Below, piece by piece: positions 62,452 to 64,000 of a stretch of 64,000 bases of DNA. The translations under genes and the position numbers were made by a program. Origin of the DNA: Acanthaster planci (taxonomy: Eukaryota); assembly GCF_001949145.1 (NCBI RefSeq), contig NW_019091360.1, forward strand, positions 1,919,599-1,983,598, given 5' to 3'. Positions within the stretch are counted from its first letter, which is position 1, and each line of letters opens with the position of its first letter. The notes beneath the pieces were generated by a model. It made no database searches. It had not been told where the DNA came from and saw only the letters and a program-made list of their open reading frames with translations.

Positions 62452-64000
62452 GCAGGGTCTTCAAATTAGCCGACATGGCATGCGCAGGGGTTGACTGTTC
62501 CATATTTTTCGTTTGAATACTGAAATAATGCAATTAATTACGATGCGGGTTACCCGATTAACATTATTAGGGATTATAAACAGCAGTGACAAACTTGTCA
62601 TGCATGTCAACGTGCTTGCTGATTATTCGTGTCCCAGTAATGTCTGAAACCAGTGAGTTACAAACAAGGTCGAGTGGTTTGCCACCATCAAGACAGTGAA
62701 ATGTATACAGATATTCTTCAAAGGCATAAGCTGTCAAAACTAAGCACTTCATCATTCAACAGCAGTTTTAAGGAATGCTGTTGGATTATGGTGCAATTAA
62801 GCCAGCTCTGAATACTTTGTGGAAGAGTTTCTCAACACAATAAAATGAAAGAACGTTAAAAAATAGTTGACATTTGATGGGAAAGTTTTCCGAGTTATTG
62901 GTTGATTAGAGTGAAAACTTACCGATGTTTAGGGAGAATTTGCAAAACGGGGAAAACTGAAAAACGACACTGTTATGAAAGCAGTGCTAAATGCCGAGTT
63001 GTCACTGTTCCCGAATTACCCTTGCTTTTCTAATTAATAATAGACCGTCTTATTTTCGGCAGAAAATTTCTGGCAAGATGTCATTATGTGTCAACTGTTG
63101 TCTGCGACCAGCCCGCAGCGCGGGGGAGCCCCAAGCTGCACTAATCCGCAGCGGGGACCAAGCCCCTCAGACAACCAGGCCCTGCCTTGCAAAAAGCCCC
63201 CGCTTGCGTCTATGGAACACCGGTCACAAAAGCGTTCACCCCGGGGTTACGGAAATTTCATTTTCCCTCACAGAAAAACGAGGCACTTTAGCGGATTAAT
63301 TCCAGCGACTGAGGATCACTTGATGAGTTGAAGTCTTGATCTTAGAGATAAGATCACGGGCTAATTGTCTTTATTTTCGTCTTGACTTCAAGTGCAGTGC
63401 GATCGGTGCACTTGAGCTAGGGTTCTGCCGACGGCGTCAAACCTCAGAGCTGTCCCATCCACGACGCTGTCTTTATTGCCCACCGCGGCGGGTGGATTCT
63501 TAAAATCTCACTGATCATCACATCGCGGATTTCCCCTCAAAGAATTCCCCCTAAGACCATAGACACCTGCGAGCCTTTCGCCCCGTAGGAAGCGCCTCTT
63601 TCCTCGGGTTTTGAGCTAATATCTGGCGGCATCCTGACTGCGCAATACGTGTTGTCAGTACAAGAACTGCGTGAGCCGAAGACACTGGCGGCTGGCCCTG
63701 ACGCCGCCAGGGGGCTCAGACCGACCGACCGACCCGTGGAGCGAACCCGTCTCAGCCTACCATCTCGGTGATCCCCTTCCGTGCGGTGGGGGAGTCTTTT
63801 AAGACCCCTGGAAATGAAACCTGTCATAATGCCAGATTTATTTACCTTAATGGTAACGGTTTTCCCGTCCTTTTCACCTGCTTCGATCATAAATGGAAGG
63901 ACCACTTGCCGGCAAAATAAGATTGCGTGACAGTCTCTAAAACGGCAAACCTTCGTATAAGCAGGCGTCAGTGGTAATGGCCCGTATGTACAAGATTCGA

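Overview
This window looks like intergenic or intronic animal DNA, probably from a marine invertebrate bilaterian (inferred from composition and repeat types; the taxon cannot be fixed from sequence alone). It is not prokaryotic. No ORF exceeds 187 aa and none is a recognisable intact gene. I saw no operon structure, rRNA, tRNA or CRISPR array. Supportable content: (i) several small non-autonomous DNA-transposon relics, including a TIR-bounded element with the N-terminal half of a THAP zinc finger, a Harbinger-like MITE, two copies of a hAT-like MITE, a foldback element and a 59-bp TTAA-flanked hairpin; (ii) a degenerate minimal type-I hammerhead ribozyme motif of the kind found in Penelope-like retroelements and retrozymes, with two more decayed cores beside it; (iii) micro- and minisatellites, including a perfect 43-bp x 5.5 array; (iv) regulatory-looking sequence: GC-rich islands dense in TAAT/ATTA cores, a CCAAT/GC-box promoter-like cluster followed by a splice donor, and seven AGAGGGCGC (CTCF-core-like) motifs confined to 43-61 kb. 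Overall it resembles a gene-poor cis-regulatory landscape, which is an inference. All motif counts were made by eye. I found no convincing evidence for a wholly new biological system.
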